Below, in pieces: positions 12,270 to 25,048 of a stretch of 64,000 nucleotides of DNA. The stretch's first letter is position 1. The number at the start of each line of letters is the position of its first letter. A model generated the notes under the pieces. The model was given only the letters and a program-made list of their open reading frames with translations, made no database searches and was not told where the DNA came from. A program made the position numbers and the translations under genes. Source of the stretch: Octopus sinensis (Eukaryota); NCBI RefSeq assembly GCF_006345805.1, contig NC_043007.1:43214001-43278000 (forward strand), in the 5' to 3' direction.

Positions 12270-12540
12270 GAAGAAAAAAGTCATTTTTCAACCTTCACAC
12301 ATCCTCTGTATTCAATGCCCACACCTCACTACCAAGTAGCATTGCAGTTTGTACACAAGCATCAAATAATCTAGCCTTCATTTGCAGACAGAATTCACTT
12401 GTTGTCAACAGAGGTATTAGCCTCCTGAACTTTTCCCAGCTTACACAAATTCTGGTTACTATGCTTTTAGAACAAACTCTCCTACTACAGATTATAGGTT
12501 GCCTAGGTTAACAGAAGCTCTCCCTACTTCTGTAGAGCCT
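12270..12540 (-). mobile_element. Decayed RTE ORF2 fragment
   Basis: The minus strand translates to SIVTRICVSWEKFRRLIPLLTT...KARLFDACVQTAMLLGSEVWA, matching the copy-1 thumb region. Confidence 0.75.
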
Positions 12541-12599
12541 TTCAAATATCATCATCATCATTTTAACATCCACTTTTTTATGCTTGCATGAGTCAATTC

Positions 12600-12646
12600 A
12601 TGTGTGTGTTATCTGTATGTATCTGTCTATATATGTTTGCATATAT

Positions 12647-12677
<31 letters not shown>

Positions 12678-13105
12678 TATATATATATTTGCCTATATAT
12701 GTATGCATATGCATGAGTGTATATGTATCTATGTGAATATGTACATATATATGCATGCATGTGTGTGTGTTTGTGTGTCTGTGCACATGTCAGGCTGTGG
12801 AAAAAGTAAGCAATGTTTTGTAACATGAAATTCATGGGTTGGACGATTTGACTGAGGACTTGCGAACCAGATGGCTGCAACAGGCTCCAATCTGATTTGG
12901 CAGAGTATCTACAGCTGGATGCCCTTCCTAACGCCAACCACTCTGAGAGTGTAGTGGGTGCAGGCGGTACTGGCAACAGCCACGCTCAAATGGTGTTTTT
13001 TACGTGCCACCTGCACAGGAGCCAGTCCCATCAGCACAAGTGCCAATATATATATACATAGGTAGATACATATATATACATAGATATATACATATATATA
13101 TATAC

Positions 13106-13147
<42 letters not shown>

Positions 13148-13148
13148 G

Positions 13149-13198
<50 letters not shown>

Positions 13199-13339
13199 CA
13201 GATATATACATATATATATATACAATATATATACATAATATATATACAAATATATATACATAAATATATATACAAATATATATATACAAATATACATACA
13301 TAAATATATATACAAATATACATACATAAATATATATAC

Positions 13340-13430
<91 letters not shown>

Positions 13431-13442
13431 TATACATAAACA

Positions 13443-13490
<48 letters not shown>
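12600..13490. repeat. Compound (TA)n/(CA)n/(TACA)n microsatellite block (representative; similar blocks at 1-66, 335-390, 613-712, 2101-2345, 7480-7660, 29190-29580, 29970-30060, 50040-50940, 57360-57640)
   Basis: Directly visible dinucleotide runs; source of the [12 protein letters not shown] ORFs. Confidence 0.95.
12826..13045 (-). mobile_element. RTE 3' tail fragment with 1-2 UTR repeat units
   Basis: GGATGCCCTTCCTAACGCCAACC and TTTTACGTGCCACC motifs. Confidence 0.8.
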
Positions 13491-13492
<2 letters not shown>

Positions 13493-13493
<1 letters not shown>

Positions 13494-13756
13494 GTCTGGG
13501 GTGAGTCATTCTCTTTTAGTGCTTTATAATTAACACACTAACCGGTTCGATTTCCACTCATTTATTTCATATTTTTTCTAAATTTTTCATTGAGTCTTGT
13601 AACCTCTTTAATAGTCGTTGACTCTTAAGGAATCAACGAATATTAAAGAGGTTACAAGACGCAATGAAAATTTTAGAAAAAAATAAGAAAATGAGTGGAA
13701 ATCGAACTGGTGTGTTAAGTAATAAGGCACTAAAAGAGAATGACTCTCCCCAGACA
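13493..13756. repeat. ~264-bp imperfect palindrome (foldback element)
   Basis: TGTCTGGGGTGAGTCATTCTCTTTTAGTGC... mirrors ...GCACTAAAAGAGAATGACTCTCCCCAGACA. Central loop at ~13625-13629. Confidence 0.9.
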
Positions 13757-15420
13757 ATAAAATATGCTTCAACACATGAATTCTCATAAAGAATCTTGCA
13801 AATCAAATACAAAAACGAAATATATATACATGAATATATAACTTGTGCCAGTCATAGGATTGAGGCCATGCTGGAGCACCATCTGGAAGGGTTTAAATCG
13901 AGTAAATCAACTTATTTTACACACACACACACATACAAACAGCTATAGACATATATATCACACATCTTTCTACTATTACTACTACTACTGGTGGTGGGGG
14001 GGTAGTAGTAAAGGACTATTGTGAACTACATGGTATAAATAGATATATATAACAATTCATTCAAATAGTATTGAATGAGAGATATATCCATCTATGGATC
14101 TATTAATTTTTTGTTAAATCATATTGTGTGCGATTAAGGTACAGAAGCAGCTGAGCATAGTAATATTAGGTTTTTCTGTACATGTGTATGCGCTTTTATA
14201 TATGCGCATGTGTGGCTATACATAAATATTATATATGCACATACTAAAATGTAAAATGTACGTTTATTATGCACAGGATATATATATACATTGAGGTATC
14301 TTTTAGTACATTCTTATGTGTGTGCGTGCGTGAAATTTTTTTTAATGAATAGGAAAAAGAAAAATCTAGGAAGCGGTCACAGCGTATACGATTTGGGGAG
14401 ACAGGAGTATTAAACTGATCCTTTTTTGAATAGCAGCTATGGTTGAGCAGTTGCTAAGCAACAGGTAGGTAGATAGGTAGGTAAGTCGGTAGCGAAAATC
14501 TGAAAGCAAGGCTGACTGGCTGGCCAAGCAACTTAACACCTGGCTTTATTTAACATATAACACTTATGTTGAGAAGTAAAGCAGCTGCTGTGGTAGAGAG
14601 AGGGGAGTCTGTGGTTGAGGAGAGAAGAGAAATAATATGCCGAAAATAAGAGAAAAAGATATATAGAAAAGTGTAAGAGATGGAGGAGGATGAATAGGGT
14701 ATTATTTATTCGCGATAGGCTGCTGATTCAATGTACCTTTTTAGCATATATAACATCTGATTTTTGTGTGACTGTGTGTACACACAATACTGCCGTCGTA
14801 CACGAGCGCGTGCACATGCGTGCGTACGTGTGTTCACAAACTTACAAGAGTCAAGAAATCAGCGAACATCTAATTAATTCAAATTATGGGAATATATCAG
14901 TGTTTTAATGAATGAAGACCCATTTACATAAGTCTTGTTTTTTTTCTTTTTTACTGATTTGATATAGCCCCAATCATATTAGTCACTTTATTTTTTGTTT
15001 TGTTTTGTTGATCTGATATAGATTAAAACATACGTTGATGTGAACCGAAATGGTTATGTTTAGGGTTGCCAGACAACCCTTATTTACGGGACATGTCCCA
15101 TATTTGATAATTTTATCCCCTGTCCTGTACTGACCTTTCAGGGACACCCGAAATGTCCCGTATTTAGTTAACTTTCAAATTTCATAATAAAAATACTTTT
15201 TTACTACCTTCTCACAGTTCTTAGTTGTAACTTTATAAGTAATTATGCTTTCTTTTTTCATATTTTCTTAATGAAAATAACTTAAATGAAACGAGGAAAC
15301 TAGTGTTGCTAGAAGTTTACACAAAACTGACGTGCTCGCAACTTGATATTGTCAACAAAGTGTGTTGTTACTACTTTCCCACTTTTTTTCTAACTTAAAA
15401 ACCAATCCATCCATCCCAAA

Positions 15421-17262
15421 ATGCCAAAAGGTAAGTGTAAATTTCTTGATGAATATTCCAGCGAATGGACATTTTGTGGTGTATGTAATTGCACTTTCAG
15501 TATTGAACATGGCGGGAAGTCTGATATCAAGCAACACTTAGAAACAGCAATGCACAAAAGTAATATTACTTCTACTTCAAAAGAAGCTGGTAAAATAACA
15601 AACTTCTTGATCAAGAAAAACACAGGTGAAGAAAGCTGCAGAAAATAATAGCTGCAGGAGTTGCGATGGCATTTCATACTGTCCGTCATCATCAGTCATT
15701 CAGTTCAAATGACCATGAACATACTACTACCAATAGTATTTCCTGATTCTAAAATTGCATACAAATTTTCAAGTGCTAGGACTAAATGTGCTGCAATAAT
15801 AAAAAATGTGACTCCATACACTATTGCAGAGATTGTTAAAGATATAAATAACTCTTCCTTTTATGGCATATCTACAGATGCAAGTAATCAGAATGCTGAG
15901 AAAATTTTCCCATTGATAGTGCAATGTTGTTCACATGAAAAGGGTTTGTTGATAAAGTTATTGCAAGTAAGATCCCTTCCAGATGAGCCCTCGAAAACAA
16001 TAGCAAGCTTCTGCAGAGAGTGAGTACCTTGTCAAGTTAGGACTGGACGTGAAGAAATGTATAGCTTTTGGTAGAGATAACACAAATACTAATTTTGGTG
16101 GACGTTTCCACATAGGCACAAATAAAGTCTATTCAAAATTAAGGAAAGCATGAATGAATTGATGGAAAGTGTTGGATGTCCAGCCCATGTCCTGTACAAT
16201 GTGGCTCATACTGAGGCCAATGTTCTTTCTGTTGATGTCGAAGTAATTGTTGTTAAATTGTTTTCGTACTTTGGTGTTCATACTGTTCGATCTGAGAAGT
16301 TGAAAAATTTCTGCAAGTTTGTTAGTGTGCAGTATGTCTCAATTCTCTCACATTCTAAAACACATTGGCTTTCTTTGATGAGAGCAGTTGAGAGAATCCT
16401 AAAGTTATTTAAAGCACTGAAATCTTCTTTTGATTCTGAAGAAAAGGTTCCCCAAATCCTTGAAGAATTCTTCAATAATCCACTGAGCAAAGCCTACTTA
16501 TATCTTGTTCACAGTTTTGAATATGCTTTTAGCAACAGGATTATGAAGATAGAATAGAGAGAAAACAGCATTATTGAAGTGCTTGGCTGTTTAAAAGAAA
16601 TCATTGCAGTTATAAAGGAAAGAATTAATGAAATGTTTATTCCTCTCAGTGTGAAGAATTGCCTTAATAAAGACGATGTCAAATCTGAAGAGAAAAAGAA
16701 ATTTCTACTTGAAGTGGATAACTATTACAGCACTTGCTATGACAATCTAGAGAAATGGGTTTCATCTTTTGAAAATTTTGATCACTTTATATGGATGTTA
16801 TTGGATACAGTTCCAGCATGGAAACATGCAGAATCATATTGTATAGTGTTAAAGAACAAACGTATAAAAATTGATAGCAACATTCTTTTCTGTCAGTGAT
16901 CAACATTTAAAAATTCCTTGCTAAAGAGATGCAGATCAAACCTGATGAATGGAAAACCAAACTGTGCCATGAAAGATGGTTTTCTATCCTTCAGTAGATT
17001 GTTTCAAGAACAATACTCAGAGTTGTTAATTTTGTGCCAGTTCTTATTTAGCATACCAGGGCATAATGCTGATGTTGAGCATATCTTCTCGATGATAAAT
17101 GTTCAGTGGACTGAAAAACAAAATAAGTTGGATGTGGCTACTGTAGAAGCTATCTTACAATGTACATGGAACCTTAACTATCAATGTAAAGAATTTTATA
17201 GGCATATGTTAGAAAAAAAGGACCTGTTAACAAAAGCCAAATCATCAGTGAAATATAACTAA
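15421..17262 (+). pseudogene. hAT transposase pseudogene (Zn-finger N-terminus, DDE core, dimerisation domain)
   Basis: CGVC...H...H, FYGISTDASN, HWLSL and GHNADVEHIFS motifs are spread over five ORFs separated by stops and frameshifts. Confidence 0.88.
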
Positions 17263-17774
17263 AAGTAAAGGTTTAAGTTTAATTCTCGTGTGGTCTGTAA
17301 AGAAAATTTTGCATTTAAGTTTATCAGTTTTGTTTCTTTTCATGTTCTCCATATGAAACACAACTTCTTAGTCTATTTTCTGTATTGTTTGCATTAAATA
17401 ATAATTTTCTAAATTATTTCCTTTGCATTTTTCTATTGTCTCTATTGAATAAGAAAATGCAATGATTTCACTTTCTCAGTATTTCTTTTAGTTATCTATA
17501 TTGCCTGTATTAAATAAAAATATTCAAATACTTTCACAATAAAAGATTTTTTTTCTATATTGTCTCTGTCATTGAATAAAAAAATTACAATGATTTAAGT
17601 TTAACAGATTTATTTGCTTATTTCTCTGTTTCTGTATTAAAGAAATATTTTCAAATTATTTCACTTTAACTATTTCACTATTTTAGCTTGTATTAAATAA
17701 TTTTACTTTTGTTTTTCTCATAACCCATTAAAATAATTGCTTCATGTTTTTAACTTGTCTACTTTTACATAATA

Positions 17775-18007
17775 CAGGATTGGCCATAAGTCACCAAGCA
17801 GTAAATCAAATTTCTATAAATACTATCTGTGATTCTGTATTGGCTCCAATGGGAAAATGTGTCACTCAAGAAGAACTTCAGTTTGAACAATTTTCATGAT
17901 GTTTCATATTTAGATGCTTTTATTAAATTCATTCAGTTGTTAAACATAAATAAATCTTGGAACTAAATAGTTTTGATTTACTGTCAAGTGGTTTTTGGCC
18001 AACCCTG
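17775..18007 (+). mobile_element. Tc1/mariner-type MITE nested in the hAT 3' region
   Basis: TA-CAGGATTGGCCATAAGTCAC..CAGTAAATCAAA mirrors TTTGATTTACTG..GTGGTTTTTGGCCAACCCTG. Internal residual GKCVTQEELQFEQFS* resembles a transposase C-terminus. Confidence 0.72.
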
Positions 18008-19082
18008 TGTATTGTTCTGTATTGTAGACATGTATAAATTTATATATATATATGCAGAGAGATTTTAAGAGTGTCCCATATGTCTAATTTTCTAATCTGG
18101 CAACCCTAGTTATTTGCATCTACAAAGCAGTAAATTTTTAGGGTTATTTGAGCGTTGGATGGAAAAGCATGCATTAGTAATTTTGTCCACTCTGCAATGA
18201 GTTCAAACGCCAGTGAGGATAACTATGCAATTCATTATCTTGGGTTCGAGAAATAAAGAAATAAATAATTCAAGATGGCAGGATGGAGAAAATGTTAGGC
18301 CATTAGACAAGATACTTTATGATATCTATTCTGGCTCTTGGCATTATGAATTAAAATCTCACCTCTATCACTAATTTCTTCATGATAGGAAACGGTGCTT
18401 TGGGACCTGTGTAACAATCATTGGTATCTAGTGTCAGAGAGAGCAATGTGCCTATTGGAATAACATCCTAATATCAATATGCAAGAATGTAAATACAAAA
18501 ACCTGTACAAAGTTTTTGTGTGTGGCAGCATGAAGTATACAATATTTGCTGCAAGCTATTTTGTGGACAATATATTGGAATCATTGCATTCCTCATTGAG
18601 AACCGTATATCTGGCCAGACTATGACTCACAAAAGAATGTATTAAAAGAAAAATTTTCGATACCATTTTTATAATATATGACCCACTTTGAACAATAGCA
18701 GCCCAGTTTCCAGTAACCATCCTGCACATCTTCATTTGACTACTTGAGCCCACCAAGCTAGGTTTTTATAAGAAGCCTACAAAATTTAAGTCGCATGGAG
18801 TTGAATCAAACTGTTTTACATAATAATATGTGTAACTCCTACAAAAAAGGAATATGGCAACTGCTACATAATCCATTCCATATCAGCTAAGTTTGATCAA
18901 CGTAAGGTTATATAATTGGATTGTTACCTAACATTGTATTGTATTTCTAGCATGAAATCAATTGGTAAGATCAGCCATGAAGGATAGATAATACTGTACA
19001 TTTCGGAGAATATACCCACTCTATTAACAGATATATGAGTGCATCTTTTCCCTGGCTTATGGATTTTTAGACAACTCATGTG

Positions 19083-19130
<48 letters not shown>

Positions 19131-19757
19131 TAAATATATATACACACATACACACAAGGCAGTGCCTAAGCATGGCTGCAGTCTAATGGCTGAACAAATA
19201 AAAGAAAAAGAGATAAAATATACACATTTAATTAACTAAATGTGAAGTATCTCATACAGGACTAATTCCGTGTCATTCAACAAGTTGATTTCTCCATGAA
19301 TGGAATAGAAACAGTCCTGTATGAATCACTTCTCCTTAAATTATTCTAACCTCTTCTTGAAGATTTGAGTACTTTATTTTAACTGCGGTCCCTGCTGTTT
19401 ATAATGAAATCATTGACATGTGTGTGTGTGTGTGTGTGTGAAATACATGCATTATGAACATTAGTACTATTAACATTGTTATGTGTTCTGGCGCCAGCTG
19501 TCTTCACTGCAATTATTATCCATGCTTTTAGATACCAAATGAAGTTGATAATCAAACTGGAAATAGCATACCAAGACCTTCACACTAACACCCTATCATA
19601 CTAAGGAAAACTTCACATGATACACAAGAAACCAACTTAATCTCAATAGCAACCTTAGTGTTGATGTTGGATATGTGCAGTGCATTTTAGATGTAGAAAA
19701 ACTGTCACATTCATTTGAATACTGTGAATAATACTTAGGATACATAAAATTATTAAA

Positions 19758-20100
19758 CAGCATGGCTGTGTGGTAAGAAGCTTGCTTCTCAACCACATGG
19801 TTCCAGGCTCAGTCCCACTGTATGGCACCTTGGGCAAGTGTCTTCTACTATAGCCTCAAACCAACCAAGGTATTGTGAGTGGATTTGGTAGATAAATACT
19901 GAAAGAAGCCCAGTGTATGTGTGTTTGTGTCTGTCCCCCACCACCAAGCTTGGCAACCAATGTTGGTGTGCTTACGTCCCCATAACTTAGTGTTCAGCAA
20001 AAGGGACCAGTAGATAAGTAAGTACTGAGGGTTAATTCATTCAACTAAAAATTCTTCAATGGCCATAGTCTAATGCCTAAAACAAGTAAAATATAAAACA
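19758..20100 (+). mobile_element. SINE family A, near full length
   Basis: A-box TGGCTGTGTGG, B-box-like GGCTCAGTCCC, body CCTTGGGCAAGTGTCTT, and tail. Confidence 0.82.
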
Positions 20101-21959
20101 TAACAGATAGCATTTTAAGTCTAGATCAGGAGGATTGATTTTTTTTGTATATCTGTATCTTGTAAAGTAAACATTTGTACACACTGACAACACTTATATA
20201 ACATAAGTAAAAAAATATCATACTGTGTATGCAAGTATGTATGTACTTTCTTCTGTGACTTTTTTTTTTACCTGGATTAACTTAACACTTAATCACATAC
20301 TGCCAAATTATAAACCTGTTCCAGCAGGCTTGGCTATGGCTTTCTAATAGCATAACATCAATTACAAACAAATTAAAAAATTTTTTTAATGTAATAACTA
20401 CATCAATGTTTGAGGAACTTTGAGAACAGACTAAAGCCAGCAACCATGCTTTGACTATAACTGTGATTAACATCTTTTTCTTTTGCATATTGCAATCAGA
20501 AAAAAAGAAGGGCAGTGCCCATGACATTCTTAAGGCCTCTATGACTAGGGAAAGGAAAGGAGGTAGTTACCCTCAGATCAAATGTTTTCAACTGAGTGGA
20601 ATCCATTAGAGTTATTTAAGGACCAGGTGGTGGTGTTAAATTGGGCAAAGGATTAAGTCTACTACTCAAGAACAGGAACAGTCCCTTCAACAAGCTTCCA
20701 CACAGATTTTATTCACGAGGTTTTCATAGATCTGAAACTATGGTAGAAGATAAGTTACCCAAAGTGACTCACAGTGAAATCAAACCTAAATCCATATAGT
20801 CATGAAGCAAACTTCTTAACCACACAGCCATGCTTGCATCTATTTAAAACCAGCTTAATTTATGCAATGGCATTGAGATCTATATAAGTATTAGTGTTTC
20901 TTTAAAATCTATCATGTCATGTTCTCAGCACGACTCTATTAACATTAATGTTTAATGTTGTGTAGGAAAACTAAATAATACCAGCCTTGTGTATAGTGAA
21001 CAAGCGGACAATTATAAATAGTAATGCAATAACAACAAGTAAAGTAGTTTAATATCAGAATGATGTAGAAACGACAATGTTAATTATATAACTGAAGTAA
21101 GCTGAAAAAAGACACAGTGAAAAGACACAGTTTTAAATACTGAATTGACAGTTTGGTACTTAAAATAATGATTTGATAATTTATCAGTTGGATGAATGTC
21201 TAGCTTCTTGGCTCTAGCTTAACACACGAGGGAATACAATAACTTTACCAAACATAAACAAATGGTTACTAGGACTAACCATGCTTAGTGTATCAGATTT
21301 AGTGGAATTGTACTGCCTAGTTAGTCTTCTTACATATGTTGGGTTAATTTCCAATATTTGAGGATTTTTAAGGACTTTTAGTTTGTATGGCGGCGTGTGT
21401 GAGTATTTTGTGTTAGGCTAAGAAGCTGTGGTACCAGAATTTTCAATTCTAGTCAAGTATAACAGATTACTCTAAATTGTTGTTAGAGCATCAAAGACTC
21501 GGTCAAGCTATTGACAAAGGATTATATACACTGACCTCCTTCTTTTATACATGAACCTCTCATCTCCTAACATGAAGCTGCTTCCCACTCAACTGTAAGC
21601 CTTGTTCAATAGAAGGAGATCTTAGTCTTGCAAGATGCATGGCAACCTCCTTAGTGCCAATGCCATGAAAAAATACCCAGTACACTTTCTAAAGTGATTG
21701 GCATTAGGAAGAGTATCCAGCCACTGAAACTTGGGAGCAAGAGGCAGTTTTCAAAGATGTCAAATCATATGAAACTATCTAACCCATATTAACATGGAAG
21801 CTGGACATTAAAAGATAATATTCAATAAAGAGTAAATAGTAAAATCATAAATCTAGTTTTAAAAAACAAACTCTATAAAAAGAAAATTGCTCAAAGATAT
21901 AAAAGTATCCTTTTTAACGAAAATGAACAATACAAAAAATTATTAGTTGAATGCATCTT

Positions 21960-22161
21960 CTTTTACTCTCATTGGACAGTGGCCATACTGGGGCACCACC
22001 TTGAAGGATTCAGTTGAACAAATTGACCACAGTACTTATTTTCTTTTTTAAAGTTTGGTAATTATTTTATTAGTTGCTTACAGGAACATAAGCCAAAACT
22101 GGTTGTCAAGCAGTGGTGGTAGGACAAACAAATACAAACACACATGCACATACATACACAC

Positions 22162-22201
<40 letters not shown>

Positions 22202-22745
22202 GTATACATCTAATGTAGGATATAATTTTTCGAAAAAAATTCTATCAATGGCCAGCATATTAAAAAATACCTTTAAAGGTTAAATTTATAAACAATTTAT
22301 AAGTAAGGGCAAAAGAAAAAATTCCTAATGCCAAAATATGCCGAAAATAGACACAACGTCATAACCATGTAATTTATCACTACAAGCATGTGTTTTGAAG
22401 AAAGCCAACAGAAATTTCTAATTTTTTTAGAAATTTCTGTTGGCTTTCTTCGAAACGCATGCTTGTAGTGATAAATTACATGGTTATTGACATTGTGTCT
22501 ATTTTTGGCATATTTTGGCATTAGGAAATTTTTCTTTTGCCCTTACTTATAAATTGTTTACATATATATATATATATATATACTGCAGATTTCTTCCAGT
22601 GCCCATCTACCAAATCCACTCACAACACTTTGGTTGGCTTGGGACTGCAGTGGAAGACACTTGCCCAAGGTGCTATGCAGTGGGAGTAAATACAGAACCT
22701 TGTGGTTGGGAAGCGAACTTCTTACCATACAGCCATGCCTGCACC
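21960..22745 (-). mobile_element. SINE family A split by a palindromic insert in its internal microsatellite
   Basis: Tail half at 21960-22170, head half at 22580-22745, with (TA)n and the palindrome between them. Confidence 0.75.
22289..22560. repeat. 272-bp near-perfect palindrome
   Basis: Arms 22289-22421 and 22427-22560 differ by 5 substitutions and 1 indel. Loop TTTTT. Confidence 0.95.
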
Positions 22746-23389
22746 AGTGAAATTTGAAAGTTTGAAGAAAAGGAAGTTGATTGTTGAAAATATGATCTGA
22801 TAGAAAGCTCTAAGAAGAGATACTGTAAAGGAGAATAAAACTGTGCTAATATTTAGTACAAGGTCAGAGAAGGAATGCATAGTGTGAGGAAATGAAAAGA
22901 CATCCCGCAAGTTATACTGGGAGAGATGTCATAGAAGAGCAGGGGTCCATTCAAATAACAAGACAACATAACAGTGAGCAAAGGAAGGTTTGCTTTCAGA
23001 TCAAGAGGACTGATTTTCTGTCTATCTTTTGACTTTAAAGAGAAAGAAAAATCTCTATAACACAGCTTGTGGCATAATGAGTATGTATGGTTACTAAAAT
23101 TGTTAACTATAACCTCTATAACAAACAGCAATCTATGAGTGGGAGGTGATCATGTGGAGAGGAATAGTTCTGTTTTGCCTTCTGTCATGAGTAACTGCAT
23201 TTTGTTTTGTTTTTATTACTGCTAACACTACCATATTGTCATTGCTGCATTGGAGATAAAATGGTAATAACTATTAATCATTTTTAATATATAATTTAAT
23301 TACTCAATTTATAAGTGAGATTCTGATAACATAAGTAAAAAGATGTAATTATGGTTCGTATAGTACTAGAATTTTTGAATGATATTGTA

Positions 23390-23750
23390 TCAGGTTGTTA
23401 AGAATGAAATGACTGATTTTCTTATACACCAAGTTTAACAGGCGTTAACTCTAATGTTTTATCCTGACAATTCTTTGTTTTACAACATTGAAGAATTTCA
23501 TCATCACTTTTCAAAATGCAATTCATGGTGTCTGATTATATTGTGAGTTTTCTCTTGTAAATCAATTTTTGTGAACCCATGGATAGATCAAAAATTTGTG
23601 CTGTTTATGAATATGAGTTTCATCATGGAACCAATGCATCCCAGACAGCTCGAAACATCAATGAAGTGTTTGGTGAAGATGTGGCGAATGAGGACACTGT
23701 ACGTTGATGGTTTGAGAAGTTCAGGTCTGGTGACTTTACTCTTGAAAATC
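23390..23750 (+). mobile_element. mariner 5' fragment with transposase N-terminal HTH (23579-23750)
   Basis: TA-TCAGGT terminus; MDRSKICAVYEYEFHHGTNASQTARNINEVFGEDVANEDTVR*WFEKFRSGDFTLEN. Confidence 0.88.
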
Positions 23751-23794
23751 ATGGTAAGAGCATATTTTATTCATCATACAGCAGAAAGAGTGGA

Positions 23795-24106
23795 TCAATT
23801 TCCTTCCATTGCTCCCTCTGTCCTTCTTTCCTTCCTCACCCTGTTGTTTAAGAGTCGTGCAGCCTTCATCTCAGGCATTTCTGTAAGTCTTCTGCTATTT
23901 GCTCTTTGTCTCACATCCTGGAGATATGTATTCCTATCTTCCTCAGTCTCTCCTTGCCTCCTTCTTTGCTGTGTGACTCTGTTATCCTGCCATCGTTCTG
24001 CCGTCATCTCAGCCATTTCCTGTTGTCTCCTTGCCCTTGCTTCTTCCCGACGCCTTTTGACATCATCTTTTGACTATGATGATCCCCGTCTCTTTCTATG
24101 TGACAT
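23795..24106 (-). pseudogene. STPR-like Arg/Glu repeat fragment, probably a Helitron Rep/Hel N-terminus
   Basis: MSHRKRRGSS*SKDDVKRRREEARARRQQE...RRRQGETEEDRNTYLQDVRQRANSRRLTEMPEMKAARL: ~23-aa periodic E-x-P/E-E-x-R-x-x-R-L pattern. Confidence 0.55.
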
Positions 24107-25004
24107 AATTCATCAGTGCTTATTTTTGTATGTAATGTTGTATTAAGAAAATTAAATCAAAACAACAAAGAGATTGCAAATGTCAAATGAATGAAATAGA
24201 ATAAAATCTGAAATGATGAAACTAAAGTAATCTCCGCAAAAAAGATATTTCTCTATGTCAGTGTGTGTGTACGTCAAAAAGTTGACTTTTTTTTGTTAGA
24301 GAGTTACATGAGTAGAAGCTTTTTTAACAATTTTTATCCTGAAAAATCACCTGTTACTTTTGTTTTAAAGTGAAAGAGAGGAGAAAGTGAAAGATGTATG
24401 AACATGTATATGAAATGGATGTGTGAGAGAGAGAGAGAGTGCCACTTGTGCATACATGAGAACACACACATTCACTCACTTTCTCTCTCTCTCACAGACA
24501 CACACACACATACATACAAAAAAGATGTATGCATATGTATTGATGTATGTACGTATACATGACAACACACCCCTTCACTCACTCACTCTCTCTCTCTCTC
24601 TGTTTTACAAACACACACATTCATTTCATATACACGTACTGCACTGCCGAAGGTAAGTATGAAAATAAATATGCAAAAAAATTCAGATAAAATATATTGG
24701 CTTGGTGTATAATTACTGCGGCTTTTTTTCCATATATCTTATTCAACAAAAACAACAACAATATTTAACAAAAACATCTTTAAATGACGGTCTCACCATC
24801 TGACAAGCAAATGGGAAGCAGTAACTGAAGTAGATGGTGAATATGCTCTGGAATAATCATTTATTAAAGATGTTTTTGATACATGCCGTTATTGCTTTTG
24901 TTGAATAAAATTTGTTGAAAACTAGCCACTATAATTATGCACCAACCCAATACTGTTTCTGATATTTTGGGCACACAATAACATCTTTAGAGTTTTAGTA
25001 CTAT

Positions 25005-25048
<44 letters not shown>

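Larger units (their letters stand above)
15061..18108 (+). mobile_element. Full-length defective hAT DNA transposon (Blackjack-like termini)
   Basis: TIRs TAGGGTTGCCAGA (15061) and TCTGGCAACCCTA (ends 18108). Subterminal GGGACA/TGTCCC motifs. Degenerate 8-bp TSD GTTATGTT / GTTATTTG (6/8). Confidence 0.9.

Noticed and set aside
12593-13509. [12 protein letters not shown] ORFs here and throughout the window
   Set aside because: Stop-free translations of dinucleotide microsatellites.
22435-22475. Hammerhead in the palindrome's right arm (CTGTTGG...GAAAC...GTA)
   Set aside because: The core has two mismatches to CUGANGA and there is no proper stem I or II.
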